DNA of 48,040 nt from Candidatus Micrarchaeaceae archaeon (GCA_038881455.1 JAVZPT010000001.1:1-48040), one strand, 5' to 3'. Shown: positions 33,826 to 43,402, counted from the first letter of the stretch. Program-made: numbers and translations. Notes: generated from the letters alone by a model not told the origin.

Positions 33826-34374
33826 CTAGCTTATTTTCACAAATAGTTTGCCTACTAGCGTTTCAGGAAAGCCAGTTATCAGGTTTGTGTAATTTATTAT
33901 TATATACCCGTTAAAATCGTTGCCAGGACTTCCAGAAAAAGGGGAAGAACCAGAATAGCACTGCACAGAAAAGGTGTAGTTGGAGCCTATCTGCATTGTA
34001 ACCTGATTGCTCGGCGGGTTAAATGGCACCTGCATGTTAACTATTGTGGAGTTGGTGTTGCAGCCGTACGCTGTTACGTTTATTGGCGCAGATGTAGCCT
34101 GAAGCAGGTTTATTGTAAGAACGCCGTTTGATGTCATGTAGAGCGAAGGACACGAAAAGCCTGCCTGAATAAGGCACTGTGAACCCAGAAACCTTCCTGG
34201 GCTTAATACTCCAAGTCCGAAAAGCGCTGCAAGCACAACTGCGATTATTAGTATAGCCCAGCCGTAGGTTATGAGGTACTCCATTGCGCTCTGCGCTTCC
34301 ATAAAATACAATTCACGCATTACATTTTGATAAGCTTTTGCCTTTGGCTTGCGCGTGCAATGCGGCGCACGCAT
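33826..34374 (-). CDS. Pilin-like protein with a class III signal peptide (paralog of 30361..31107)
   Basis: 'MEAQSAMEYLITYGWAILIIAVVLAALFGLGVL' is the prepilin-type N-terminus. Both paralogs have a C-x8-C pair right after the helix (SQCLIQAGFSC here, SSCYISPAFLC in the other). Possible starts are ATG 34374, 34320 or 34302. Confidence 0.65.
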   Translation of the reverse strand: MRAPHCTRKPKAKAYQNVMRELYFMEAQSAMEYLITYGWAILIIAVVLAALFGLGVLSPGRFLGSQCLIQAGFSCPSLYMTSNGVLTINLLQATSAPINVTAYGCNTNSTIVNMQVPFNPPSNQVTMQIGSNYTFSVQCYSGSSPFSGSPGNDFNGYIIINYTNLITGFPETLVGKLFVKIS

Positions 34375-34406
34375 TTTTACCTTTAGGACATAAAATTCGC
34401 GTTGTG

Positions 34407-34415
34407 TTTTTATAT
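34407..34415. promoter_or_regulatory. TATA box (TTTTTATAT) for PolD small subunit, possibly bidirectional with the divergent pilin-like gene
   Basis: It is centred about 26 nt upstream of ATG 34437. Its reverse complement ATATAAAAA lies about 35 nt upstream of the minus-strand ATG 34374. Confidence 0.4.
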
Positions 34416-34436
34416 CTGCTCTGAAAACTTTAGAGC

Positions 34437-35954
34437 ATGGGGGAGCTCGAAGAATTGCTGAGGCTACTTGAGGGCAAGGTGATAGTAAGCGCTGAAATAA
34501 GCGACGATGACCTTAAAGGTGTAGACTCCTTCAGGCTTGCTTCTGAGATAAGCTTGCGCCTTGAGAGCGTGCAAGGCATAAGGCTGCTGAGCAAAGAGCT
34601 TCTGGAAAACATACTTGCAAGCATGAACGCTGAAAAGAAGCCCAAGAGTTTCGAGGATATAGTAAAAAGCGAAGACTTTGTGCCAAAAGCAAAGGGCATG
34701 CGCATAAAGTATGCATACATAAAGAGCAAGATCGAATTTGTAAATTCGTCGCCTTACGACTTTATTACGCACTTTAACAACAGGTTCGAAAAGCTCAAGA
34801 AAATAACGCTTGCAGGCAGGCACGCCTCTACAACGAATATCGAGAACCTTGGCGATTACCTTTCTGGCCGTGAAGTAAGCGTAGTAGGCATGGTGTATGA
34901 AAAGAAAACTACAAAGAATGGGCACGTGCTCGTTACGCTTGAAGATCAGACAGGTAGCATAAATGTACTGTTCGCAAAACCGGAAATGCGCGCTGGCTTC
35001 ACTAGCGGCTTCAGGGCAGAGCCTTCATCGCTTTACAGTTCTGCCACGCGCATAGCAAGAGACGATGTAATACTTGTCAATGGCAAGCTTTCCAAAGGCC
35101 TACTAATAGCAAACTCATTCTCTTGGCCTGACGTTCCGGTAAGGGTGCGCAAGCAAAGCGAAAGCGATTTTGCGATAGTAATGATTTCAGACGTCCACGT
35201 AGGCAGCCGGCTGTTCCTTGAAAAGCAATTCAGCAACATGCTGCGATGGCTTAACGGTGCAATAGATTATAAAAAAGAACTCGCTAGCAAGGTAAAGTTT
35301 GCAGTGTTTTGCGGCGACCTAGTAGACGGCATCGGGGTATACCCTGGACAGGAAAAGGAGCTCGTGATAAGCGACATATACGCGCAGTACTCGCTCTTCT
35401 TTGAGTTTCTCAAAAGCATACCTGACCATATAGAAATATTTGTACTTCCTGGAAACCACGATGCGGTGAGGCGCGCAGACCCGCAGCCAGAGCTTGACAG
35501 GGAGCTCGCACGCTACAACACAGGCAATGTTCACTTAGTAACAAATCCAAGCTCGCTTAGGCTTGAGGACATAAGCATGCTTGCTTACCACGGCGAGTCC
35601 TTGGATTCGATGATAAGGGCAGTACCTGGAATCGGCTACGCGCGGCCTGAAGAGGCAATGCTAGAGACCCTTAAGCGCAGGCACCTGTCTTCCATTTATG
35701 GCGTAAATCCAATAGTGCCGAGCAAGGACGATGCTATGATAATAGAAGAAGTACCTGATATTTTACTGATGGGCCACATACACAAGAATGGCGCACTCGA
35801 CTACCATGGCACCCTTTTAGTCAACAGCGGCACTTGGCAGGCGCGCACATCATTCCAGGTAAAGCAGGGGCATATGCCTTCTCCAGCAATTCTTCCGGTT
35901 TATGAGGCGAAAACGCGCAGCCTTAGCCTGCTCGACTTCAACAAAATAGCATAG
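34437..35954 (+). CDS. polB: DNA polymerase II (PolD) small subunit DP1 (3'-5' exonuclease, calcineurin-like phosphoesterase)
   Basis: It has an OB-fold region, 'VSVVGMVYEK...GHVLVTLEDQTGSINV'. Phosphoesterase motifs are 'MISDVHVGS', 'CGDLVDGIGVY', 'LPGNHD' and 'MGHIH'. Confidence 0.9.
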   Translation: MGELEELLRLLEGKVIVSAEISDDDLKGVDSFRLASEISLRLESVQGIRLLSKELLENILASMNAEKKPKSFEDIVKSEDFVPKAKGMRIKYAYIKSKIEFVNSSPYDFITHFNNRFEKLKKITLAGRHASTTNIENLGDYLSGREVSVVGMVYEKKTTKNGHVLVTLEDQTGSINVLFAKPEMRAGFTSGFRAEPSSLYSSATRIARDDVILVNGKLSKGLLIANSFSWPDVPVRVRKQSESDFAIVMISDVHVGSRLFLEKQFSNMLRWLNGAIDYKKELASKVKFAVFCGDLVDGIGVYPGQEKELVISDIYAQYSLFFEFLKSIPDHIEIFVLPGNHDAVRRADPQPELDRELARYNTGNVHLVTNPSSLRLEDISMLAYHGESLDSMIRAVPGIGYARPEEAMLETLKRRHLSSIYGVNPIVPSKDDAMIIEEVPDILLMGHIHKNGALDYHGTLLVNSGTWQARTSFQVKQGHMPSPAILPVYEAKTRSLSLLDFNKIA

Positions 35955-35962
35955 GCGGTTAA

Positions 35963-38900
35963 GTGGATAATGTAAATGAATATTTTGCTGCGTTACAAAG
36001 CCAGTTTGACAAAGAGTACGCAATTGCAAAAGAAGCGCGTACAAAGGGCTATGACACTGAGATGCACGTTGAGATAACGCCAGCGCCGGATATCGCAGGA
36101 AGGGTGGAAGGCCTTATAGGGGTAAGAGGCCTTGGAGAGCTCATAAGGAACAAAATCGCAGGCAGAAGCCGTAGCGAACTTGCCTTTGAAATGGCAAAAG
36201 AAATTTGCACTAACAGAGCATTTGAAAATGGCGATACAGCAAAGCGCATATTGCTTGCGGTACGTGTTGGCCTGGCTATACTTACAGAGGGTGTGCTTGT
36301 TGCCCCGACAGAAGGCGTGCAGGGCATAGGCCATTACAGAAACGCAGACAATTCAGACTACGTATCGGTGATTTACGCCGGCCCCATAAGAGGCGCAGGA
36401 GGCACTGCGGCTGCACTTTCAGTTGCGTTGGCCGACTATGCAAGGCAGTTCTTCAATATAAGCGCATACAAGGCTACGCAGGACGAGATTGAGCGTTACA
36501 TAGAGGAAATAGAAATATACAACTCAGACATACTTAGGCTCCAGTACATGCCAAGCGAAGACGACATGAGGCACATACTGGAGAGCTGCCCAGTATGCAT
36601 AGATGGCTTGCCTACCGAGCAGGTCGAAGTAAGCGTACACACCGACCTTTCAAGAATAGGCATAAACGGCAAAAAGGAAAAGCTAGAAAACAGGATAAGG
36701 AGCGGCGTGGCCCTTGTACTAAGCAACATGGTTCTGAAAGCAAAGTCTGTGCTCAGGGAAACCAAGAAAGCGGGTCTTGACTGGGGATGGCTTAACAAAG
36801 TAATACGCGTGGAAAAGCCCTCGGGCACAAGCCAAGGCCAACAGCAAGATAGCAACGAAGAGGCATTTCTCGAAGAACTTGTGGCTGGCAGACCCATCCT
36901 TGCATATCCCAACCACATAGGCGGCTTCAGGCTTCGTTACGGAAGAAGCAGGTTAACAGGAATAGCTGCCAAGGGCTTCAGTCCGGCTACTATGCTCATA
37001 TTAGACAGTTTCATAGGCATTGGCACGCAGCTCAAGGTAGAACTGCCTGGCAAAGGCTGCATAGCAATGCCCGTTGATACTATAGAAGGTCCTTTTGTAA
37101 GGCTAAAGAGCGGTGAAGCACTCAGAATAAACACTGCCGAGAAGGCTAAGCAACTAAAAGATGACGTAGAAGCGATCATATCAGTTGGTGACATACTCAT
37201 ATCTTTTGGCGACTTCAGGAAGAGCAACACACAGCTGGCGCCAAGCAGTTACGTAGAGGAGCTTTGGCGCGCAGAGCTGCAAAGCAAAGGCTTCGAACCA
37301 AATACAACAGACATAGGCTTTGACGAGGCTTATGCGCTTTCGCTAAAGTATTGCGTTCCACTGCATCCAAAATACCTTTTCGAATTCCAGGCCGTAACGA
37401 CGCAGGAGCTTAGGGAACTTGCTGCTTCGATAAGCACATATGCAAGCACCAAAGATAGCTTAGACGCTGTGGCAGAAATGCGCATTGCTAAAAATGAAAA
37501 GGTAAAGGAAATTCTGGAAAGGCTCAACGTTCCGCACAGAATCACGTCAGGCGAAATAGCGATAGAGAAAGATTATGCTAAAAGCCTCTTGGTTTCGCTT
37601 GGCTTCTTCTCTGGCTCAAATTCAAATTCTAATTCCAAAGCAGGCAGTGCCATTGAAAAAATTGACAAGGCGATGGAAAGCGCAGGCTCTGCGCTTGAGC
37701 TTGCAAACGCGGTTTCTGGCGTAAAGCTTGCAAAGCGCTCTACTTTCATAGGTGCGCGGCTAGGCAGGCCGGAGAAGGCAAGAGAACGCATGATGCAGCC
37801 TGCGCCTAACGCGCTCTTCCCCATAAGCGCATACGGAGGCCGCGACAGAAACATAAGCAATGCCTATGCTAAAGAAGCCAGCAAATTCAACAGGCAAACG
37901 ATAAAGGTAGAAATTGCAAGGTACAAATGCAGTATATGCGATAGATTAATAGGCACGCCATACTGCTACGACTGCGGCAAGCCAGCGCGCATAGAAACCG
38001 GAGAAGACGGCAAAGCCTATGGCGACATAGAAATAGACATAGACAAAACCATGGGAGGCGTGGTAAAGAGGCTTGGACTGAAGAAAGTGCCTGATGTAGT
38101 GAAAGGCGTTAAAGGGCTTATAAACAAGGAAAAGATAGCAGAGCCCGTAGAGAAGGGCGTGCTCCGCGCACTGCATAACATTTACGTCTACAAAGACGGC
38201 ACAACCCGGTTTGACGCTACAGATGCGCCAATTACGCATTTCTATCCGTCTGAGATAGGCACTAGTGTAGAAACACTGAAGAGGCTTGGCTATTCCACAG
38301 ATTACGAAAACAAGCCCCTGGAAAGTGAAGACCAGCTCGTAGAGCTGAAGCACCAAGACATAATAATGAATAGGCGCGGCGCAGAGTATTTGCTCAGAGT
38401 TTCGCAGTTTATCGATGACCTTCTTGAAAAGTACTACGGCATGGAGCGGTTTTATAATGCCGAAACAGCAGAGGACATGATAGGCGCCTACGTAATAACG
38501 CTTTCTCCGCATACCTCTTGCGCTGTGTTGAACAGAATCATAGGCATAACTGACGCCAATGTTGGGCTTGCGCACCCTTACACAATCTCTGCACGAAGGC
38601 GCAATACAGACGGTGACGAAGATACTACGATGCTTTTGCTTGATGCGCTCCTTAACTTCTCAAGGAAGTATTTGCCTGCGACAGTAGGCGGCACTATGGA
38701 TGCGCCACTTCTGCTTACTACAAAGGTTGTACCGGAGGAAGTTGATGACGAAGTGCACTCGATGGAAGCAGTAACGCAGTATGCGCTAGAGTTTTACGAA
38801 AAGACTTTCGCAAGATCTTCTCCTGGAGAGGTCAGGCTAGATACAGTAGAGACAAGGCTAGGTACAGAGAGAGCATACCGCAATTTGGGCTTTACCCATA

Positions 38901-39412
38901 TGAGCACTTCAAAAGCCATAGCCGACGCGCCAAAGAGAAGCAGGTATGTGCTACTGAAAACAATGCAGGAAAAAATCTCAGAAGAGTTCAGGCTTCTTGA
39001 CATGCTTTACTCGATAGACAGGCGCGACGCGGCAAAAAGACTTATAATGAGCCATTTCATACCAGACCTTATGGGCAATCTCCATTCTTTTTCCAAACAG
39101 AAGTTCAGGTGCGCGACATGCAATGCCAAGTACAGGCGCGTGCCTCTGATAGGCAAATGCCCTAAGGACGGAGGCAAGCTGCTATTGACAATCTCCAAAG
39201 GAGGCATAGAAAAGTATCTTAACATAGCGATAGAACTTGCAAACAGGTACGACATAGAAACGTACATAAAGCAAAGGCTGCAACTGCTTAAAGAGGAGAT
39301 AATAGGCGTGTTTGGTAGCGTGACAGAGCCAGATATGCAGCAAAGCAGCCTGCAAGCCAACGCGGGTAAAGAAGCTGCAAAAGGCCAGTTCGACCTAAGC
39401 AGATTCGCGTAG
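35963..39412 (+). CDS. polC: DNA polymerase II (PolD) large subunit DP2
   Basis: Length is 1149 aa with a GTG start 8 nt after DP1. Conserved blocks are 'YAGPIRGAGGTAAA', 'GRPILAYPN..GGFRLRYGRSR', 'RRRNTDGDEDTTMLLLD' and the C-terminal Zn finger 'FRCATCNAKYRRVPLIGKCPKDGGKL'. The length gives no sign of an intein. Confidence 0.95.
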   Translation: MDNVNEYFAALQSQFDKEYAIAKEARTKGYDTEMHVEITPAPDIAGRVEGLIGVRGLGELIRNKIAGRSRSELAFEMAKEICTNRAFENGDTAKRILLAVRVGLAILTEGVLVAPTEGVQGIGHYRNADNSDYVSVIYAGPIRGAGGTAAALSVALADYARQFFNISAYKATQDEIERYIEEIEIYNSDILRLQYMPSEDDMRHILESCPVCIDGLPTEQVEVSVHTDLSRIGINGKKEKLENRIRSGVALVLSNMVLKAKSVLRETKKAGLDWGWLNKVIRVEKPSGTSQGQQQDSNEEAFLEELVAGRPILAYPNHIGGFRLRYGRSRLTGIAAKGFSPATMLILDSFIGIGTQLKVELPGKGCIAMPVDTIEGPFVRLKSGEALRINTAEKAKQLKDDVEAIISVGDILISFGDFRKSNTQLAPSSYVEELWRAELQSKGFEPNTTDIGFDEAYALSLKYCVPLHPKYLFEFQAVTTQELRELAASISTYASTKDSLDAVAEMRIAKNEKVKEILERLNVPHRITSGEIAIEKDYAKSLLVSLGFFSGSNSNSNSKAGSAIEKIDKAMESAGSALELANAVSGVKLAKRSTFIGARLGRPEKARERMMQPAPNALFPISAYGGRDRNISNAYAKEASKFNRQTIKVEIARYKCSICDRLIGTPYCYDCGKPARIETGEDGKAYGDIEIDIDKTMGGVVKRLGLKKVPDVVKGVKGLINKEKIAEPVEKGVLRALHNIYVYKDGTTRFDATDAPITHFYPSEIGTSVETLKRLGYSTDYENKPLESEDQLVELKHQDIIMNRRGAEYLLRVSQFIDDLLEKYYGMERFYNAETAEDMIGAYVITLSPHTSCAVLNRIIGITDANVGLAHPYTISARRRNTDGDEDTTMLLLDALLNFSRKYLPATVGGTMDAPLLLTTKVVPEEVDDEVHSMEAVTQYALEFYEKTFARSSPGEVRLDTVETRLGTERAYRNLGFTHMSTSKAIADAPKRSRYVLLKTMQEKISEEFRLLDMLYSIDRRDAAKRLIMSHFIPDLMGNLHSFSKQKFRCATCNAKYRRVPLIGKCPKDGGKLLLTISKGGIEKYLNIAIELANRYDIETYIKQRLQLLKEEIIGVFGSVTEPDMQQSSLQANAGKEAAKGQFDLSRFA

Positions 39413-39448
39413 GCTCTGGCTAATTCCCAGTATTGCATGGCGCCGCTG

Positions 39449-40771
39449 CTAGCGCGCCTTTGCTGCTTCTTTCTTCACAGCGCCCTCAAGTATTTCCATT
39501 CCTTTTTCAAGATTCTCTTCAGACATTGTTATAGCAGGTATTATTCTTATTGAAGACTCGCCAGCTGGAAGAAGCACAAGCCCGTTCGTGAAGCATTCGT
39601 TTAATATCTCGTTCCTTTCCTTTGGCGCGGGCTTCTTTGAACCTTTTTCTTTTACTATCTCTATTGCGAGCATCATGCCCATGCCCCTCGCCTCGCCAAC
39701 TATCTCATAGCCAGATTCCATCTCTTTTAGCCTTTTCATAAGCATTGAGCCTTTCTTTTTCGCCATGGACTCTAGCCTGAGCCTATTGGCTTTTATGTAA
39801 TCTAGCAGCGCGTTTGAAGCTGCTACAGCAGCAAGGTTGCCGCCAAAAGTTCCCGCGTGCGACCCAACAGGCGTATCTCCAAAGGAGCGCTTTGCGACTG
39901 TGGCGCCAAGCGGCAGTCCAGCGCCAATCGCCTTTGCGAACGTATAAATGTCAGCAGCAACGCCGAAGTTGTCAAGAGCAACAAACTTACCAGCGCGCAT
40001 TACTCCAGACTGCACTTCATCAGCAATAAGCACAATTCCATTATCGCTCGCAAGCTTTCTAAGCCCGGTTATAAATTCCTTTGGCGGCACTATGTAGCCA
40101 CCTTCGCCCTGTATGGGTTCGAACAAAATCGCAGCTATTTCATCAGGCGCTGCGATCTTCCTAAAGATAAATTCCTCTATGAACCTAAGGCAGTTGTCTG
40201 CGCATTCCTCCGGGCTTTTTGAATTGAAGGCACATCTGTAAGTATATGGGTATACGGCGTGTATTACGTTTGGAAATGGCCCAAAGCCGTGGCGCTGCGC
40301 TACCTTGCTTGACGTTATTCCCAAAGGACCGGTTGACCTGCCATGGAACGAATTATAGAAACCCAGTATGTACTGCCTTTTTGTAAATAGCCTTGCCAGC
40401 TTTATCGCGTCTTCGTTTGCCTCTGTTCCTGAATTAGAAAAGAAAACCCTACCGAAGCCATGAGGAAGCAAGCTGACGAGCTTCTCAGCCGCGCTCACAG
40501 GCAACGGCGAGTAGAAGTCCGTAAACGCCGCATGCATTAGCTTGTCTACTTGTTTGTGGACTGCGCGCCTTGCGATGTTTATGCCTTCGGTTCCGAAGCT
40601 GTAAACTGAGATAAAGCTTGTGAAGTCTACGAACTTATTTCCTTCTATGTCGTATATGATTTCGCCGTCGGTTCTGTCAGGCACCAGCGGATACTCTTCC
40701 CTTGTCGTGGTGAAAATTATGCGCCTGTCCCGTTCTATGACATTCTTTATCTTTCGGCCTATTTTTATCAT
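39449..40771 (-). CDS. Class III pyridoxal-phosphate-dependent aminotransferase (acetylornithine/4-aminobutyrate aminotransferase-like)
   Basis: Motifs are 'FSNSGTEANEDAIKLAR', 'LIADEVQSGVMRAGKF' and the PLP-Lys region 'DIYTFAKAIGAGLPLGA'. I use ATG 40771 (MIKIGRK...) because the track start at 40858 would overlap rpl14e. Confidence 0.85.
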   Translation of the reverse strand: MIKIGRKIKNVIERDRRIIFTTTREEYPLVPDRTDGEIIYDIEGNKFVDFTSFISVYSFGTEGINIARRAVHKQVDKLMHAAFTDFYSPLPVSAAEKLVSLLPHGFGRVFFSNSGTEANEDAIKLARLFTKRQYILGFYNSFHGRSTGPLGITSSKVAQRHGFGPFPNVIHAVYPYTYRCAFNSKSPEECADNCLRFIEEFIFRKIAAPDEIAAILFEPIQGEGGYIVPPKEFITGLRKLASDNGIVLIADEVQSGVMRAGKFVALDNFGVAADIYTFAKAIGAGLPLGATVAKRSFGDTPVGSHAGTFGGNLAAVAASNALLDYIKANRLRLESMAKKKGSMLMKRLKEMESGYEIVGEARGMGMMLAIEIVKEKGSKKPAPKERNEILNECFTNGLVLLPAGESSIRIIPAITMSEENLEKGMEILEGAVKKEAAKAR

Positions 40772-40796
40772 AGTGTAGTTATTGCACGGTGAAGTA

Positions 40797-41072
40797 TTAA
40801 CGCTTTGCTGTTTGTTGCTTGCTGTTTTGCTGCTGGAGCTTCTCAGCAGGCACTTCAAGCGCTTTTGCTATTTCGCTCTTGTTTGCAACATCGACCTTTT
40901 CAGCAAGCAGCTCAAGATGATTAATATTGCACTTTCTTGGCTTCGGCCTGCTCGACGTCACTATGCTCACGAAATTCTCATTTATTACTGCAGTTATTAC
41001 TGCCTTGTCACCTGCGTCTCTTCCATACTTTTTCACACAAACCCTTCCTTGCTCTATTATAGGCATTTTCAC
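40797..41072 (-). CDS. rpl14e: 50S ribosomal protein L14e
   Basis: The KOW-like 'GRVCVKKYGRDAGDKAVITAVINENFVSIVT' and 'RKCNINHLE' match L14e. It sits in the conserved L34e-cmk-L14e arrangement. Confidence 0.85.
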   Translation of the reverse strand: MKMPIIEQGRVCVKKYGRDAGDKAVITAVINENFVSIVTSSRPKPRKCNINHLELLAEKVDVANKSEIAKALEVPAEKLQQQNSKQQTAKR

Positions 41073-41096
41073 ACCTCAAACACAACAAATGCTCTG

Positions 41097-41672
41097 CTAC
41101 TTATTTACAGGCATTGCCTCGCTTGCGCGAAAAGCGCTTATTATCCTTTCTGAAGCTTCCTCTGGGCTTATCTCGTTCACGTCAAGCACAAGGTCGAAAC
41201 GTGATTTGTCCTTGCCAAAATTTATTCCATACAGGGCCTCGTACAGCGTAGCGTTTTCCCTGTCGCGAGTCTCTATGATCTTTCTTGCTTCCTCTATTCC
41301 TATGCGGTCCCTCTCTGCCAAGCGAGCTATGCGCGTATCTGTGCTGGCCTCGAGCCATACGCTGAAGCCGCCTTTTGTTAGCCAAGGCAAGGTGTAGCTC
41401 GTTATTACAACGTTGCCTGCTTTTGCTATCTCGATTAGCCTTTTGTCAACCTCTATGTCAAACTGCGTATCAGATTCGCGCTCCCGCAAGAATCTCAGCC
41501 CATCTGGCGTATCCCACCAATTCGCACCTATTGGCTTATGCCCGTGCTCTTTCGCAATCTCTCTTAGCATGTCTGTCCCTCCAAGCATCTTTACCCCGAG
41601 CTTTTTTGCTACAAGCCCAGCTACTGTTGTCTTTCCTGCAGCGGGAAAACCGCAAATAAGTATGGCACGCAT
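41097..41672 (-). CDS. cmk: Archaeal-type cytidylate (CMP) kinase
   Basis: The P-loop is 'ICGFPAAGKTTVA'. Its size and its position between rpl34e and rpl14e match the conserved archaeal cluster. Confidence 0.8.
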   Translation of the reverse strand: MRAILICGFPAAGKTTVAGLVAKKLGVKMLGGTDMLREIAKEHGHKPIGANWWDTPDGLRFLRERESDTQFDIEVDKRLIEIAKAGNVVITSYTLPWLTKGGFSVWLEASTDTRIARLAERDRIGIEEARKIIETRDRENATLYEALYGINFGKDKSRFDLVLDVNEISPEEASERIISAFRASEAMPVNK

Positions 41673-41683
41673 TGTAAAACCGA

Positions 41684-42010
41684 CTAATGGGCCATGAGCT
41701 GCAATACGTAGTTTCTCTCCTTTGCGCCTATTTCGTTTAGCCTCATTTCGCCGTTTTCTATCCTGCTGGCAAGCGAAACAATACTAGCGGTGCAACGCGC
41801 GCACAGCACGCCGCCAAAAAGCCTCTCAACACGCTTTCTGCTCTTCCCATGAAGCCTTGAAGAAATACCGACGCCGTTTAACTCAGCGCCGCAGATTCCG
41901 CAATGAGGCAGCGAGCCTGGCTTGCGCTCAAAATGCAAAATGTGTCTACCTTTTGGAGTAATCCTGTCTTGCCTCCTTACGCTCCTAGACCTGTGCATTG
42001 GCTTAGGCAA
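41684..42010 (-). CDS. rpl34e: 50S ribosomal protein L34e
   Basis: 'HRSRSVRRQDRITPKGRHILHFERKPGSLPHCGICGAELNGV' matches the L34e pattern, including the C..C pair. Confidence 0.85.
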   Translation of the reverse strand: MPKPMHRSRSVRRQDRITPKGRHILHFERKPGSLPHCGICGAELNGVGISSRLHGKSRKRVERLFGGVLCARCTASIVSLASRIENGEMRLNEIGAKERNYVLQLMAH

Positions 42011-42092
42011 TTAAACACCTTAATTAACGCGCTTTATTTTCAAACAAACAGCAACAAATTAGCAAGGCAAACTTTATTATATCAGAACAAGC

Positions 42093-42104
42093 ATATATAT
42101 ATTT
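42093..42104 (+). promoter_or_regulatory. TATA box (ATATATATATTT) for the protein disulfide oxidoreductase gene
   Basis: It lies about 30 nt upstream of ATG 42130, consistent with a leaderless mRNA. Confidence 0.4.
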
Positions 42105-42129
42105 ACGTTTCTTTTCGTTGGTGATAGGA

Positions 42130-42783
42130 ATGGCAATAATCAGTGCAAAAGACGCCGAAGCGCTAAAAAGCCTCTTTGAAAACAAGCTGCAAAGCGACGC
42201 AAACATAATGCTTTTCACTAGCGCCAAAGGAGATTGCCAGCTATGCGAAAAAACGGCTGAGCTTCTTGACGAGCTTGCAAAACTCAGCAACAAGATAAAA
42301 GTAAAGCGCTATGACATAAATGCAAATGCAAAAGAGGCCAAGTTCCTCGGAGTTGACAAAGTGCCTGCGATTGTGCTTGGCGGCAGAAAGATTTACAGCG
42401 CATATTATTTTGGCATGCCTTACGGGCATGAGTTTGGTGCTCTTGTAAGCGACATAATAGAAGCAGCCTCTGGCAAAACTTCGTTAAAGGAATCTACAAA
42501 GGAAAGGATAAAGTCAGTAAACAGCAAACTCGACATAAAAGTCTTTGTAACGCCTACGTGCCCTTACTGCCCTGCGGCAGTGCATATGGCACACCAATTT
42601 GCAATTGAAAACAGCAACATAAGGAGCTCGATGATAGAAGCCGCAGAATTTCCTGAACTGGCTGAAAAATATGAAGTAATGGCTGTGCCAAAGGTAGTAA
42701 TAAACGACAGCGTGCAGTTTGAAGGCGCAGTGCCTGAGGAGGCTTTCTTGGAATATGTGGAAAGCGCACTAGGCAACAAGTGA
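42130..42783 (+). CDS. Protein disulfide oxidoreductase (PDO; two thioredoxin-fold units, glutaredoxin-like)
   Basis: Two CxxC sites are present: 'GDCQLCEK' in unit 1 and 'TPTCPYCPAA' in unit 2. 'VMAVPKVVIN' is the cis-Pro region. Size and layout resemble Pyrococcus PDO. The track start at 42118 is TTG, so I use ATG 42130. Confidence 0.8.
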   Translation: MAIISAKDAEALKSLFENKLQSDANIMLFTSAKGDCQLCEKTAELLDELAKLSNKIKVKRYDINANAKEAKFLGVDKVPAIVLGGRKIYSAYYFGMPYGHEFGALVSDIIEAASGKTSLKESTKERIKSVNSKLDIKVFVTPTCPYCPAAVHMAHQFAIENSNIRSSMIEAAEFPELAEKYEVMAVPKVVINDSVQFEGAVPEEAFLEYVESALGNK

Positions 42784-42853
42784 AGTTAATTAACGCACAA
42801 CGCAAAGCGCAAAAAATAAAAATTTTTAAAGCATAATTTATTTGGGTGGTACT

Positions 42854-43312
42854 ATGCCAAAGAGCAAGAAGGAAAGAAGCACGAATATAGAGCCCATAAG
42901 GGCCGGCGAAATCTTTGACGTTTTCAACGATCCCTTTGATTACATGAGGCGCATGATGAGCTATCCCAGAAAGTACATAGGCACATTCATGAGTAGGGCG
43001 CCCAGAATAGACATGATAGACCGCAGCACCGAGCTTGTTATAAAGGCAGACCTTCCAGGAGTTGACAAGAATGACATAAAGGTAAACGTTTCGAAGGAAA
43101 GCATAACAATCTCTGCACAGGCATCAAAGGAAAGGGAAGAAACCGGTAGAAACTACTATTACAGCGAAAGGGCCGCGTCTGGCTACTACAGGCGCATTCC
43201 TTTGCCAGTTGCAGTAGAACCTAAAAGGGTAAAGGCGACCTTCAAGGACGGCATGCTAGAGGTAGTTCTGCCTAAGGCGCCAGGGGAAGGCGAAGAAGTT
43301 AAAATAGAGTAG
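42854..43312 (+). CDS. hsp20: Small heat shock protein, Hsp20/alpha-crystallin family
   Basis: Motifs are 'IKADLPGVDKNDIKVNV', 'ITISAQ', 'YRRIPLPVAVEPKRVKATFKDGMLEVVLPK'. ATG 42854 is preceded by GGGTGGT. Confidence 0.9.
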   Translation: MPKSKKERSTNIEPIRAGEIFDVFNDPFDYMRRMMSYPRKYIGTFMSRAPRIDMIDRSTELVIKADLPGVDKNDIKVNVSKESITISAQASKEREETGRNYYYSERAASGYYRRIPLPVAVEPKRVKATFKDGMLEVVLPKAPGEGEEVKIE

Positions 43313-43324
43313 TGCTGCTCTAAA

Positions 43325-43372
43325 GGCGTTTGTTTCTTTTGTTCTTTTCGCTTCTCTTCTACTCTTCTTGTG
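43325..43372 (+). terminator. Pyrimidine/oligo-T-rich tract downstream of hsp20 (candidate archaeal intrinsic terminator)
   Basis: The sequence TTTGTTTCTTTTGTTCTTTTCGCTTCTCTTCTACTCTTCTTG carries several T3-T4 runs immediately after the stop codon. Confidence 0.3.
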
Positions 43373-43402
43373 TTTACTTGTTTAAATTTTACTTGTTTAA
43401 AT
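43373..43402. repeat. Perfect tandem duplication of a 15-nt unit (TTTACTTGTTTAAAT x2)
   Basis: Read directly: 43373-43387 equals 43388-43402. Confidence 0.9.

Noticed and set aside
31298-39412. Inteins in nrdJ or the PolD subunits
   Set aside because: The lengths (836, 505 and 1149 aa) are normal for intein-free versions. The conserved blocks are contiguous and no Cys/Ser...HN-Cys/Ser/Thr splice junction insert is visible.
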